Part shown: piece after piece, positions 16,264-24,550 of the stretch
Numbering within the stretch: position 1 is the first letter of the stretch
Layout: the number at the start of each line of letters is the position of its first letter
From: a virus
Taxonomy: Duplodnaviria > Caudoviricetes
Direction: 5' to 3' (one strand)
Virus record (IMG/VR): IMGVR_UViG_3300037465_000435
Location: 1-27,427 of that record
Length of the DNA: 27,427 nt
Translations under genes and position numbers: made by a program
Notes under the pieces: model-generated
Database searches by the model: none
Told to the model about the DNA's origin: nothing
Seen by the model: the letters and a program-made list of their open reading frames with translations, nothing else

Positions 16264-16602
16264 GTGAAAGATCTGCCCGTCATACTCTACGCTACGATCA
16301 GCACCTGGGAGATTGCCGAACGCATCCGACGGCGGGATCTCGCCTTCGATGCGTGGGCGCATGTCGCGAAGCTCATCGGGCACAAGAACCCATCGACGCT
16401 GCGGAAGATGTGTGAGCCGCACGGCAACCACTACGGCGCGAAGCTCGGCTTCCGTGAGGCCGTGCTGATCATGAACGAGACCAAAGACTATCGCCTTTTC
16501 CACTTCATGAAGGAAGAGATGAAGAAGATGGCGCAGCATGAAGGAGATCAGATGGACCTGTTCGCTCACCCGATCCGATCCCTCAATCCTATGATCGACT
16601 GA
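16264..16602 (+). CDS. Phage regulatory CII-like HTH protein
   Basis: AHVAKLIGHKNPSTLRK...KLGFREAVLIMNETKDYRL pattern, directly before the transposase. Confidence 0.65.
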   Translation: MKDLPVILYATISTWEIAERIRRRDLAFDAWAHVAKLIGHKNPSTLRKMCEPHGNHYGAKLGFREAVLIMNETKDYRLFHFMKEEMKKMAQHEGDQMDLFAHPIRSLNPMID

Positions 16603-16604
16603 CC

Positions 16605-18449
16605 ATGTCAGAGCGTGAACCAGAGATCCGGCCGATACCGGCCAGCAAGGTTACCGATGAGCTCGTCGCCCGCACGGCCGACCTCATCGCACTGATGCGC
16701 ACGACGCAGAACCTCACCGAAGCGCAGAGCGCGGCCGCGGAGAAGATGGGTATCAGCGTGCCGACGATCCGATGGTATCTCAGCCGCATTCGTCAGAAGC
16801 TCGGCGCGCCCAAGCGTGCGTCGCTTGCGGAACTCGCAGCACATCCGGAAGTCCGGCGCGCGATCGAAGCGGTGCTAACAAGGAAGGAACGAGCGGATCG
16901 ATTGTCGCTCCAGTCGGCGCGACATCTCAACGTCATCATGCCGAGCGGCGAACGCCTGGGCGTCGACGACTTTCTCAAGTCGCTGTATCCAAGAGAAGGC
17001 GTGAACGCAAGCGCATGTTACGCGGCTCTCAAAGGGCGCTGCATCCAGCATCAAGTCGTCTTCGACGACGGATCGCCGGCGTCCGTGGTTGATCTACCGA
17101 AGGAGCGGAGCATCCGCCGGTTCCTGCAGCAATGGAGAGAAGAGTTCATCGCCGTCCGGCGGGGACGCGCGCGCAAGCACGATTTCGAGGTGGAGCAACA
17201 ACCGTACGTCACGCGCGACGTGTCCCGGTATCGACCTGGCGAGCTCTGGATCGGCGATCACACGGAGCTCGACTTCGCCGTTATAAATGCGCGCGGCTAT
17301 GTCGACCGCCGGTGGATCAGTTCGTTCCTCGACATCCGGACCGGCCTGATCGTCGGCTATCATCTCTCCTGGCAGCCGAACTCGCAGACGATCTCGCTGG
17401 CGTTCCGCAACGGCGTTCTTGGTACGCAGCTGCGCGCGTTCACGGCCGAGAACAAGTACAAACCCGTCTCCATACGCAACGTGCCCGAGACGGTGATGAT
17501 CGACAACGGCAAGGACTACCGGTCAAAACAGACACAGCGACTCTTCGGCAAGATCGATTTCGACGACGCGGCGCGTCTTTCGATCCAGCGCCTCACGCAT
17601 CTCCAGTATGTGCTTCCGTACCACGGTCAATCGAAGGCGCAGCAGGAGCGTTGGTTCCGCGTCATCCAACAGATGATCCGGCACCTGCCAGGCTACAAAG
17701 GCAACAAGTACCAGAACAAGCCCGACTCCTATGCAACCGATGTCAGGCAGGGCCGCCTCCTACCGTATGCGCAGTTCGACGCCCTGGTGGCGATCGCGGT
17801 CAACGTTTACAACAACCGCGTTCGACGATCGCTCAAAGGCCAGTCTCCGCTTCAGTGCTATCTCACCAACCAGACGCATCAACGCGCCATCGACGAACGC
17901 GTGCTCGACTTCCTGTTGATGAAGGTCGAGGGTCGGCGAATCCGCCGGTGCCAGGTGACACTCTTCTCGAAGGAGTATTACTCCGACGCGCTGATGGGCG
18001 TGAACGAAGAGATGGCCGATGTCTACTACGATCCAAAGGACCTGGGATTCGTGACGGTGTACGTGCATGGCGAGTTCGCGGCTGTCGCGAGCAACAAAGA
18101 GATGATCGGGCAGGACGAGAAAGGCTGGCTCCGCATCCTGCGCGACCGGACGAAGTCGGAGCGTGAGATGAAATCACAGCTCGCGGCGATTAAGCAAGGC
18201 GTGAGCGATGCGGATGCGCGGCGGATGCTGGTCGAGGGTGAGCTGCTGAACGTCGTGCCGGTCCTGGAGGAAGTGTTCACGCGACGTCCGCTCGAGATCA
18301 CGCAGATCACCGGGCTTGAGCAGCAGGCGAAGGAACATCAGGAGGCGCTCGATCGTGAGAAGGAGTCGGCGGAGATCGAGCGTGAAGCTAAGAAGAAACG
18401 GAAACAGAGCCATCTCAGCGTCGCGGCGATGAACAGCCGCATTGTCTAG
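16605..18449 (+). CDS. MuA-like DDE transposase
   Basis: WIGDHTELD, MIDNGKDY and SKAQQERWF triad, N-terminal HTH, Mu-type C-terminal YYDPKDL domain. Confidence 0.95.
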   Translation: MSEREPEIRPIPASKVTDELVARTADLIALMRTTQNLTEAQSAAAEKMGISVPTIRWYLSRIRQKLGAPKRASLAELAAHPEVRRAIEAVLTRKERADRLSLQSARHLNVIMPSGERLGVDDFLKSLYPREGVNASACYAALKGRCIQHQVVFDDGSPASVVDLPKERSIRRFLQQWREEFIAVRRGRARKHDFEVEQQPYVTRDVSRYRPGELWIGDHTELDFAVINARGYVDRRWISSFLDIRTGLIVGYHLSWQPNSQTISLAFRNGVLGTQLRAFTAENKYKPVSIRNVPETVMIDNGKDYRSKQTQRLFGKIDFDDAARLSIQRLTHLQYVLPYHGQSKAQQERWFRVIQQMIRHLPGYKGNKYQNKPDSYATDVRQGRLLPYAQFDALVAIAVNVYNNRVRRSLKGQSPLQCYLTNQTHQRAIDERVLDFLLMKVEGRRIRRCQVTLFSKEYYSDALMGVNEEMADVYYDPKDLGFVTVYVHGEFAAVASNKEMIGQDEKGWLRILRDRTKSEREMKSQLAAIKQGVSDADARRMLVEGELLNVVPVLEEVFTRRPLEITQITGLEQQAKEHQEALDREKESAEIEREAKKKRKQSHLSVAAMNSRIV

Positions 18450-18460
18450 AAGGAGACCAC

Positions 18461-19411
18461 ATGGCAGCTCAAGCAGCGATCAACCGTCTCGACCTGGTCG
18501 AGCGGGCGAAATTCAATCAAGACAAACCCCGCGAAGTCCTCGCAACCATCAAGGGACTCCTGGAGTCGGGGGAGATCCGGCTCAAGGACATCGCCAAATT
18601 CGGCAACTACAGCCAGTCGGTCATCAGCCAGTTCCTCTCGGGCGACTACGCCGGCGATGTGGCCTCGGTGGAGGATGTCGTCGTGCGGTTCTACCGGTAC
18701 TGGGTGGCCAACAATGCGATCGTGCAGACGAAGGTTGTGGAAGAGATCCACGCCGTTATGACGCTCGCCTGGAAGCGCAAGGAGATCGCGCTCGTGAAGG
18801 GGCACTTCGGCCGAGGAAAGACGAAGGCGGCCTCGCGGTTTGAGGCGTTGAACGACTTCGCGATACGTGTGGAGCTCTCGGGCGTCACCTCGCCGACCGA
18901 GCTCTTGCACCGGGTCGGCGACGCCCTGGGGATCGCTTCATCGATGTCCGGTTCGCGCAGCGACAAGCTGCAGGCGATCGTCCGCAATCTCCAGCGCTCA
19001 CCGAAGTTGATCATCATCGACGAAGCCGACGAGCTGCGACCGCGGACGCTCGCTCTACTGAAGGACATTCACGGCGAGGGAACCGAGCGGTGCGGCATCG
19101 TTCTGATCGCCACCCAACGCTTCGACCGGTTGTTGAAGAACCCGGAGCTCGGCTACCTGCGCCGGCGCATTACGATCAAGCGTGAGATCGGCGACATCGA
19201 TCTGAAGGAAGCCAGGGAGATCGTCGCCCTGTGGCCGAACAGTCTGGACACCGAGGACCTGAAGAAGGCCTTCAGCTGGAGCATGAACCACTTCGGCGTC
19301 GCCTCCTTGGTCAACCTGATGATGCGAGCCTATGACGAGATGCAGCTGCGCGCGAAGCGGAAGATTGACGAAGAATGTCTCGAGGCCGCCTATGCTTGGC
19401 TGGTTGACTGA
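18461..19411 (+). CDS. MuB-like AAA+ transposition ATPase
   Basis: N-terminal HTH, Walker A GHFGRGKT, Walker B IIIDEAD, AAGGAG SD. Confidence 0.95.
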   Translation: MAAQAAINRLDLVERAKFNQDKPREVLATIKGLLESGEIRLKDIAKFGNYSQSVISQFLSGDYAGDVASVEDVVVRFYRYWVANNAIVQTKVVEEIHAVMTLAWKRKEIALVKGHFGRGKTKAASRFEALNDFAIRVELSGVTSPTELLHRVGDALGIASSMSGSRSDKLQAIVRNLQRSPKLIIIDEADELRPRTLALLKDIHGEGTERCGIVLIATQRFDRLLKNPELGYLRRRITIKREIGDIDLKEAREIVALWPNSLDTEDLKKAFSWSMNHFGVASLVNLMMRAYDEMQLRAKRKIDEECLEAAYAWLVD

Positions 19412-19607
19412 TCACGCCGACATCATCTTCGCACAGCTGCTCGGAGTCACCGGGTCGACCATGATGCTCTTGCTGAGTGCGACGGTGCGATTGAAGATGA
19501 GCAGCCGAAGGAGAATGGTTCTGTCGCTCCTGGCGACGGCGATGATGGCCGGCGGCATATTCTATCTCCTCGCGGCCTTGAACGCCGAACGATCACTGTC
19601 GAGGTAG
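19392..19607 (+). CDS. Small two-TM membrane protein
   Basis: Two hydrophobic segments. Start chosen at ATG 19392. Confidence 0.55.
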   Translation: MLGWLTDHADIIFAQLLGVTGSTMMLLLSATVRLKMSSRRRMVLSLLATAMMAGGIFYLLAALNAERSLSR

Positions 19608-19611
19608 AGCG

Positions 19612-20061
19612 ATGGCCTGGGATCGATCAGTCAGAGACCGAGCGAATGCTCTCATCCATACGTCGGTGGACGATTGTCGTTCATCGCTGCCGCACATCAC
19701 AGACATCCGGGTGTTGAAGTGCGCGCTCTTCATCGCAGAAGAGTTTCGCCACTTTACGCGCAGCGCCTTGCTCCGGAGTCGGTTGAGGCAACTCCAGAAA
19801 GAAATGGCTGAACGTGCTGTCACTCGCAGATCCAATGGCCATCAACGACCTCGACCAACGGCTGACGCTGGCGATCAAGGACACGATCTATCGGGTCGTG
19901 GGGAACGACACAACCGCCCAGATCTTGAAGGCGGACGTCTTCTCTCATCCAGCAATCGAGACACGTCCGGGGATCGGAACATACGTGAGCATCAAGCTCA
20001 AGGTCGAAGTGAATCTGAAGCCGTGACCCGATCCTCCAAACAGACCCAACGGAACAAGTGA
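19612..20061 (+). CDS. Hypothetical protein (C-terminal half overlaps another ORF)
   Basis: GAGG SD. The first ~65 aa look folded, the tail is low complexity. Confidence 0.55.
   Translation: MAWDRSVRDRANALIHTSVDDCRSSLPHITDIRVLKCALFIAEEFRHFTRSALLRSRLRQLQKEMAERAVTRRSNGHQRPRPTADAGDQGHDLSGRGERHNRPDLEGGRLLSSSNRDTSGDRNIREHQAQGRSESEAVTRSSKQTQRNK
19835..20026 (+). CDS. Hypothetical protein (63 aa), nested in another frame
   Basis: MAINDLDQRLTLAIKDTIY... has a protein-like composition, whereas the overlapping frame does not. Confidence 0.5.
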   Translation: MAINDLDQRLTLAIKDTIYRVVGNDTTAQILKADVFSHPAIETRPGIGTYVSIKLKVEVNLKP

Positions 20062-20549
20062 TGGATCCGGTAGCACGACGACGGCTCAACCACCAGGTGC
20101 GAGCTCTGGCCAACGGCCGGCTCGGACTTGACGAGGAGACGTACCGGGCCATCGTGGAATCAGTCGATCCACGGAGCGGCGGCCACATCACACGGTGCGA
20201 CGATGAGCATGCCGGGCTGGTCCTGCTGCAGCTGAGACTGATGGTCGATCGGCAGCGATTCGGCGGTCCGAAGAAAAACGATCGCGAGCAACGCAAGATC
20301 GCGCGACTGATGCAGTATCTGAATTGGACGTGGAAGACGACAGCCGAGTTCTGCGAACGTCAGACCGGCAAACGGTCGACGCGATTATGCGACGCCAAGG
20401 AACTGGCGAAGGTCATCAACGGAATGGTGGCGATCATCGAAGAAGACATTCGATCCGGACGCCTGCAGCTGACGCCGGCCGAACGAGCAGAGTTCGCACG
20501 CCATACACATACACGGTTTGACGATCTCCAAGGAGGAGCCAATGCCTGA
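20058..20549 (+). CDS. GemA-like (DUF1018) regulatory protein
   Basis: LGLDEETYRAIV...QRKIARL...FCERQTG...LAKVINGM, in the Mu semi-essential region position. Confidence 0.8.
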   Translation: MMDPVARRRLNHQVRALANGRLGLDEETYRAIVESVDPRSGGHITRCDDEHAGLVLLQLRLMVDRQRFGGPKKNDREQRKIARLMQYLNWTWKTTAEFCERQTGKRSTRLCDAKELAKVINGMVAIIEEDIRSGRLQLTPAERAEFARHTHTRFDDLQGGANA

Positions 20550-20964
20550 GCTGATCCTGTCCTTTGTTGTCGTCGCGTCGATCGCGACGCTCGTGCTGCT
20601 TCTGCGTTCGGCGCGTCGCAGCGGAGAGGGATTCATTCTGTGTCGCCCGGACAGCAGGCGCTGTCCTCAACTTCGAGAACTGCGGGACGTGGAGGACTCC
20701 ATCGAAGAGCATGTGGATCGGTTGCGCATGGAGTACCTGCGTCGAGAGATGGCCCAGAAGTATCCAGGGCGCAGTTACTCTTTTCAACTCGCGGAGCTCT
20801 ATCGGCAGCGGGGAGCACTTGTGGCGTCGCGCCGAGGTGGAGATCCGGATCGAACGGATTGGATCAGAGACCGGATCCTGCTCGCGCGCGAGCGGGCGCT
20901 GCTGAGTCAGTCACACGCAGAAGTCACAAGTTCATTCAGTCGAGTCGAGCCCCAACGGGCCTGA
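20542..20964 (+). CDS. Hypothetical protein with N-terminal TM helix
   Basis: AAGGAGG SD before ATG 20542. Hydrophobic N-terminus. Confidence 0.65.
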   Translation: MPELILSFVVVASIATLVLLLRSARRSGEGFILCRPDSRRCPQLRELRDVEDSIEEHVDRLRMEYLRREMAQKYPGRSYSFQLAELYRQRGALVASRRGGDPDRTDWIRDRILLARERALLSQSHAEVTSSFSRVEPQRA

Positions 20965-21006
20965 CCGGATTCCATCACAGAAGTTCTAATAGAGGGAGAG
21001 GCGAGC

Positions 21007-21366
21007 ATGACAGCCATCAAGAAGTACGCAAAGTTCCTGCGCCGGCAGAAGGCGTATGGGCGGATCCTCGAGGATCTGAAGCCGGAAGTTCTGCGGGAAC
21101 TCAAGCGCCGTCCGGACGGCAAGGCGGCCGTCGACGGCGTCGAGTTCCATATCACCACGAAGGTGACGCGGCGCTATCCGAAGGATATTCAGGACATCCT
21201 GAAAGACCTGCAGGCGCAGATCGATCAGCAGAAGAAGGTGGCCGAAGAATCGAACAAGGTCACCCTCAGCGAGACGGCGACGTTCGACGCCTCGATCCCG
21301 AAGAGCGCGGAAGACGAGGTGCTCTCGGAGGTCCCGGACTACAAGAAACACTTCGGGACACGCTGA
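21007..21366 (+). CDS. Hypothetical protein (119 aa)
   Basis: Purine-rich SD, typical codon usage, coupled to the next ORF. Confidence 0.75.
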   Translation: MTAIKKYAKFLRRQKAYGRILEDLKPEVLRELKRRPDGKAAVDGVEFHITTKVTRRYPKDIQDILKDLQAQIDQQKKVAEESNKVTLSETATFDASIPKSAEDEVLSEVPDYKKHFGTR

Positions 21367-21611
21367 TGCCGATCGACCTCGACACTACGCCCGAGTCGTT
21401 GCGACGTATGCGGGAGAGCATTATCGAGTCGGCCGGCGGCAACCCTATCGGTGAACGGGGCGGCCTGGTGTGGTTCACGGACCTCGTCACGAAGACGACG
21501 CTGGTCTTGGAGCCACACCAGGTCACGGCCGAACGTGTCCGGGAGAAGATCCTCGCAAGTCGCAGGAGCTTCGGCATCAGGGACGACCATGCACTATCCA
21601 GCCATGCTTGA
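21366..21611 (+). CDS. Hypothetical protein (81 aa)
   Basis: TGATG coupling. This is the plausible 3' part of the track ORF 20640-21611. Confidence 0.65.
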   Translation: MPIDLDTTPESLRRMRESIIESAGGNPIGERGGLVWFTDLVTKTTLVLEPHQVTAERVREKILASRRSFGIRDDHALSSHA

Positions 21612-21795
21612 GAGTCTCTACTCAGCCATCAAGTTCATCGTGCGGCACGAGGGCATTCCGCACGATGTCGTGTTCGAAGCGGCCGAAGCGGCGGCCAGAG
21701 TGATCACACGCCACCAGCGACAAAGAAGGAGCCATGAGGAACCTGACAGAGAAGAAGCGCGATCTGATCGCACAGCTGAAAGCGTACCGGCGTAA
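21589..21795 (+). CDS. Hypothetical protein
   Basis: Fills the gap before the next gene. Start uncertain. Confidence 0.4.
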   Translation: MHYPAMLESLYSAIKFIVRHEGIPHDVVFEAAEAAARVITRHQRQRRSHEEPDREEARSDRTAESVPA

Positions 21796-22510
21796 GCACC
21801 GCTCCATTCCGAACTCTCGGGCGCTCGGCGAGCCTTTCAAGCACCGGGTTCAACGGGCCTTTGGAACGTGGAATGGTGCGATCGCAGAGGCATTCGGACC
21901 GGAAGTTGTCCAACGACGACTGACGGACGCGGAAGTCCTGGAGCGGATACGAAGATACGCAAAGGAAACCAATCAGCGTCCGACGTCGAAAAATGTTGGC
22001 GACACCTTCGGGCGTCTCGCGAGGGAACGGTTTGGATCGTGGAACAAAGCTGTGGAACTCGCCCTTGGCTTGCCGCCTCTCAAGGTGAAGCGATCCGATG
22101 ATGAGTTGCTGGAAATCTTGCGACGTAAGTATGCCGAGCTCGGCCGACTGCCGTTCGCGAGCGACGTCGAGTCAATCACCACGCGACTCTGGAAGCGCTA
22201 TGGCGGTCTCAATGAAGCCCTCGAGCGGGCCGTTGGCACGAGCGTGCGACTCGAAGTGCTGCGCGCACTCAAGGTACTCACGCCCCCCGGATGCGAGGTG
22301 GCATCGAGCCACGAGATCTCGGTCTACTTGAAGACACAACGTGGCGTTCAGTTCGATGTGCATCAGGTGGGTTCGATGTTGGAGACGCAGTACCGGGTGG
22401 GCCTGGTGGAGAAAAGCGCCGGCGACGTTCGACCGACGTGGCGATTGACGGCGAAGGGACATGAGTTCCTTCGGATGAAGGAGAATCAACATGCAGGACG
22501 ACGGTCTTGA
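21734..22510 (+). CDS. Protein with three homing-endonuclease-associated repeats and a C-terminal winged helix
   Basis: Repeats FGTWNGAIAEA, FGSWNKAVELA, YGGLNEALERA, then GLVEK...WRLTAKG. AAGGAG SD. Confidence 0.8.
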   Translation: MRNLTEKKRDLIAQLKAYRRKHRSIPNSRALGEPFKHRVQRAFGTWNGAIAEAFGPEVVQRRLTDAEVLERIRRYAKETNQRPTSKNVGDTFGRLARERFGSWNKAVELALGLPPLKVKRSDDELLEILRRKYAELGRLPFASDVESITTRLWKRYGGLNEALERAVGTSVRLEVLRALKVLTPPGCEVASSHEISVYLKTQRGVQFDVHQVGSMLETQYRVGLVEKSAGDVRPTWRLTAKGHEFLRMKENQHAGRRS

Positions 22511-22715
22511 GGAGATCCGCCCCGGCGCAGAGTGTCCGCCTGGGCTTCATAGCGATGTCCCGATCATCGAAGGCGGCCAGACGGTCGGACTCATCTGCAC
22601 ACTTTGCGGACGCTCCGTGCGAGAGGACATGGCATACAGCACACTCGTAGCAACGGAACGCGGCCTTGTCGATCTCCGCGAGCAACCACATCGGAGGCGG
22701 GATCCGCGCTTCTGA
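22491..22715 (+). CDS. Small putative Zn-binding protein
   Basis: CPPGLH...CTLC, AAGGAG SD. Confidence 0.6.
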   Translation: MQDDGLEEIRPGAECPPGLHSDVPIIEGGQTVGLICTLCGRSVREDMAYSTLVATERGLVDLREQPHRRRDPRF

Positions 22716-22721
22716 ACGATC

Positions 22722-23132
22722 ATGGGCCGCTACGTCAAGAACAGGATCCGGATGGAGGCCGTCGAGCGGTTCGGGCAGACGGCGGGACTCCCGTTGTTCG
22801 AGGCGGTAGGTCCGAGGATCCCGAAGCGGTTTCGAACGCGGCTCGAGAATGCCGCGAAGTCGATGCCGTTAGCGACGGACACCCGGAACCTTGCGCGCAT
22901 TGCTCAGACGAGCGATCCGGTCGAACTCGGCGACAAGCAGCAGAAGGTCCTTGACGCCATCCGAGACCTGGGCGCTCCGACGAATGCGGAGATCGCGCGT
23001 CATCTGGACTGGCCGATCAATCGAGTGACCGGACGGACGTTCGAGCTCCGGCAGTACGGACTGGTAGCTGAGAATGGTAAACGAGCATGTTCGGTGACGC
23101 GCCGGATTGTGGCGACGTGGCAATCTAAATGA
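22722..23132 (+). CDS. Winged-helix DNA-binding protein
   Basis: QQKVLDAI...TNAEIARHLDWPINRVTGRTFEL...GLV. Confidence 0.8.
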   Translation: MGRYVKNRIRMEAVERFGQTAGLPLFEAVGPRIPKRFRTRLENAAKSMPLATDTRNLARIAQTSDPVELGDKQQKVLDAIRDLGAPTNAEIARHLDWPINRVTGRTFELRQYGLVAENGKRACSVTRRIVATWQSK

Positions 23133-23150
23133 GAACGAGAACCGTGTCTC

Positions 23151-23369
23151 GTGGACCATGGTAGTATGCTCCCATTCCCACGCTCATACTACATCCGCAG
23201 CTTCCGCGACTGGAAGAGAATCAATTATCCGGACGCCGAATGTGAATGCATTGAGAACGCCTTTGGTGACGTCATTTACTGCGAGGAGTGTGAGACGCAG
23301 TTCGCAGAGTATTGCCAGATCCGAGATCAACAGGCAGCAATTCGTGACCAAATGTTCGGTCTTCAGTAA
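23151..23369 (+). CDS. Small Cys-rich protein
   Basis: CEC...CEEC, TAATG coupling with the next gene. Confidence 0.6.
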   Translation: MDHGSMLPFPRSYYIRSFRDWKRINYPDAECECIENAFGDVIYCEECETQFAEYCQIRDQQAAIRDQMFGLQ

Positions 23370-23647
23370 TGATCCGCTCGCAGCAGAGACGTCGGGAATT
23401 GGCAATGCTGGAGATCTTGGCGACTCAACCCAAAGGTTGGACCAGGATCGAGTTGACCAGTGAACTTCGCGTCTCCCCGGCAACTCTCGACCGGACGCTC
23501 GGCAATTTGCTGTTGCGAGGACTCGTGTTCGCTCGGCCGATAAATGAACGACGGAACGGCCGACCCGTGAACCGGTACTATTGTACGCTCGAAGGCGTCA
23601 AGTCGTTGAATCAACAATTCCGTCGATCTGCCCAGAAGTCTCGTTAG
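23369..23647 (+). CDS. Winged-helix transcription regulator
   Basis: WTRIELTSELRVSPATLDRTLGNL...GLV...GRPVNRYYCT. Confidence 0.8.
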   Translation: MIRSQQRRRELAMLEILATQPKGWTRIELTSELRVSPATLDRTLGNLLLRGLVFARPINERRNGRPVNRYYCTLEGVKSLNQQFRRSAQKSR

Positions 23648-23655
23648 CACGTCGC

Positions 23656-23874
23656 ATGCCCAAGCTTCCACAACTCATCGAGCTTCTCGAGGCGATGTCG
23701 CGATCGGGCACGGAGAAGATCGGACTCTCGGATCTACTCGACCTTCTGCGAAAGGTGGACTCGACGACATCGCATGTCAAGATCGAGATCAACTACAATG
23801 GGAGGGAGTTCTTCTGGACGGTCCACCAGCGGGACATCCTCGCGGCCGACTGGAAGCCGTCCGGATCAGGCTAA
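23656..23874 (+). CDS. Small hypothetical protein (72 aa), last early gene, directly before the late promoter
   Basis: ATG 23656. Two helices followed by a predicted beta hairpin (VKIEINYNGREFFWTV). Confidence 0.65.
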   Translation: MPKLPQLIELLEAMSRSGTEKIGLSDLLDLLRKVDSTTSHVKIEINYNGREFFWTVHQRDILAADWKPSGSG

Positions 23875-23889
23875 TAGGAATTGCATCGT

Positions 23890-23918
23890 TTGATTCAGCC
23901 GGTCGAATTCACTAGATT
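23890..23918 (+). promoter_or_regulatory. sigma70-type promoter of the rightward late (terminase) operon
   Basis: TTGATT (23890-23895), 17 nt, TAGATT (23913-23918). Ends 19 nt before leader copy 2. Confidence 0.7.
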
Positions 23919-23937
23919 GCTGACCACTGAGATTCAC

Positions 23938-23989
23938 GACATAGGGCTGTAAGAGCCCAACGAGGGTCATCCGATCAAAAGGAGCCCCG
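23938..23989 (+). promoter_or_regulatory. Conserved late-operon leader element, copy 2
   Basis: GACATAGGGCTGTAAGAGCCCAACGAGGGTCATCCGATCAAAAGGAGCCCCG, 47/52 identical to the reverse complement of 11881-11932. Confidence 0.9.
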
Positions 23990-24049
23990 GTGTGGTCGTC
24001 GTCCGCAACTTGCGGAACGGCGGCTGCGTCGGGGCTTCGTCCTTTTCTT
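23983..24049 (+). terminator. Leader hairpin with pyrimidine tail (attenuator, copy 2)
   Basis: About 25-bp stem AGCCCCG...CGGGGCT with several G-U pairs, then TCGTCCTTTTCTT (imperfect U-tract). Confidence 0.65.
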
Positions 24050-24058
24050 GTCCACACC

Positions 24059-24550
24059 ATGGCACGCAAACTCGACCGCATCGAGGCCAAGCGCCTCTAC
24101 TGTGAAGAGAAGAAAGAGGTCAAAGAGATCTCGCGACTTCTCTCGGTGCCCGAAGGCACGATCTACGCTTGGAAGAGCGCCGATGCCGAAAGGGGCAACG
24201 ACTGGGACAAGATGCGGGAGGAGATTCAGCTGACGTCCTTCTCTGCTACGAAGGACATGCTCCGCATGGTGACGGCCAGGCTCTCGGCCATGGCTGATGA
24301 ACTGACGAAGGCCGGTCCGGATGGGGCGAAGATCAACCCATCCGAAGTCTACGCCATTCGACAGCTGCTCAAGAGCCTGAAGGAACTGCAAAAGGACGTC
24401 GACCACTACGGCAACATTCTGCTCGCGATGCAGGAGTTCACCGACTTCATGGGCGACCGGGCGCCGGAACTTCTGCTGACGATGGAGCCCTATCTGCTCG
24501 AGTTCGGCAATACGATTTCCAAGAAGTACGGCCGTCGACGGAGTGGCTGA
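24059..24550 (+). CDS. Putative terminase small subunit (DUF1804-like)
   Basis: AKRLY...EISRLLSVPEGTIYAWK...DWDKMR, immediately upstream of and overlapping terL. Alternative in-frame GTG at 23990. Confidence 0.8.
   Translation: MARKLDRIEAKRLYCEEKKEVKEISRLLSVPEGTIYAWKSADAERGNDWDKMREEIQLTSFSATKDMLRMVTARLSAMADELTKAGPDGAKINPSEVYAIRQLLKSLKELQKDVDHYGNILLAMQEFTDFMGDRAPELLLTMEPYLLEFGNTISKKYGRRRSG

Noticed and set aside
17132-18166. 344-aa alternate-frame ORF inside the transposase
   Set aside because: Arg/Pro-rich off-frame translation with no recognisable domain.
20640-21365. 5' part of the 323-aa track ORF
   Set aside because: Overlaps two better-supported genes. Only the part from ATG 21366 looks real.
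11881-23989. The two leader copies as terminal inverted repeats of an invertible or mobile 12-kb segment
   Set aside because: No invertase gene is seen, and each copy is embedded in a promoter-hairpin context with RNA-type pairing. Occasional recombination between them cannot be excluded.
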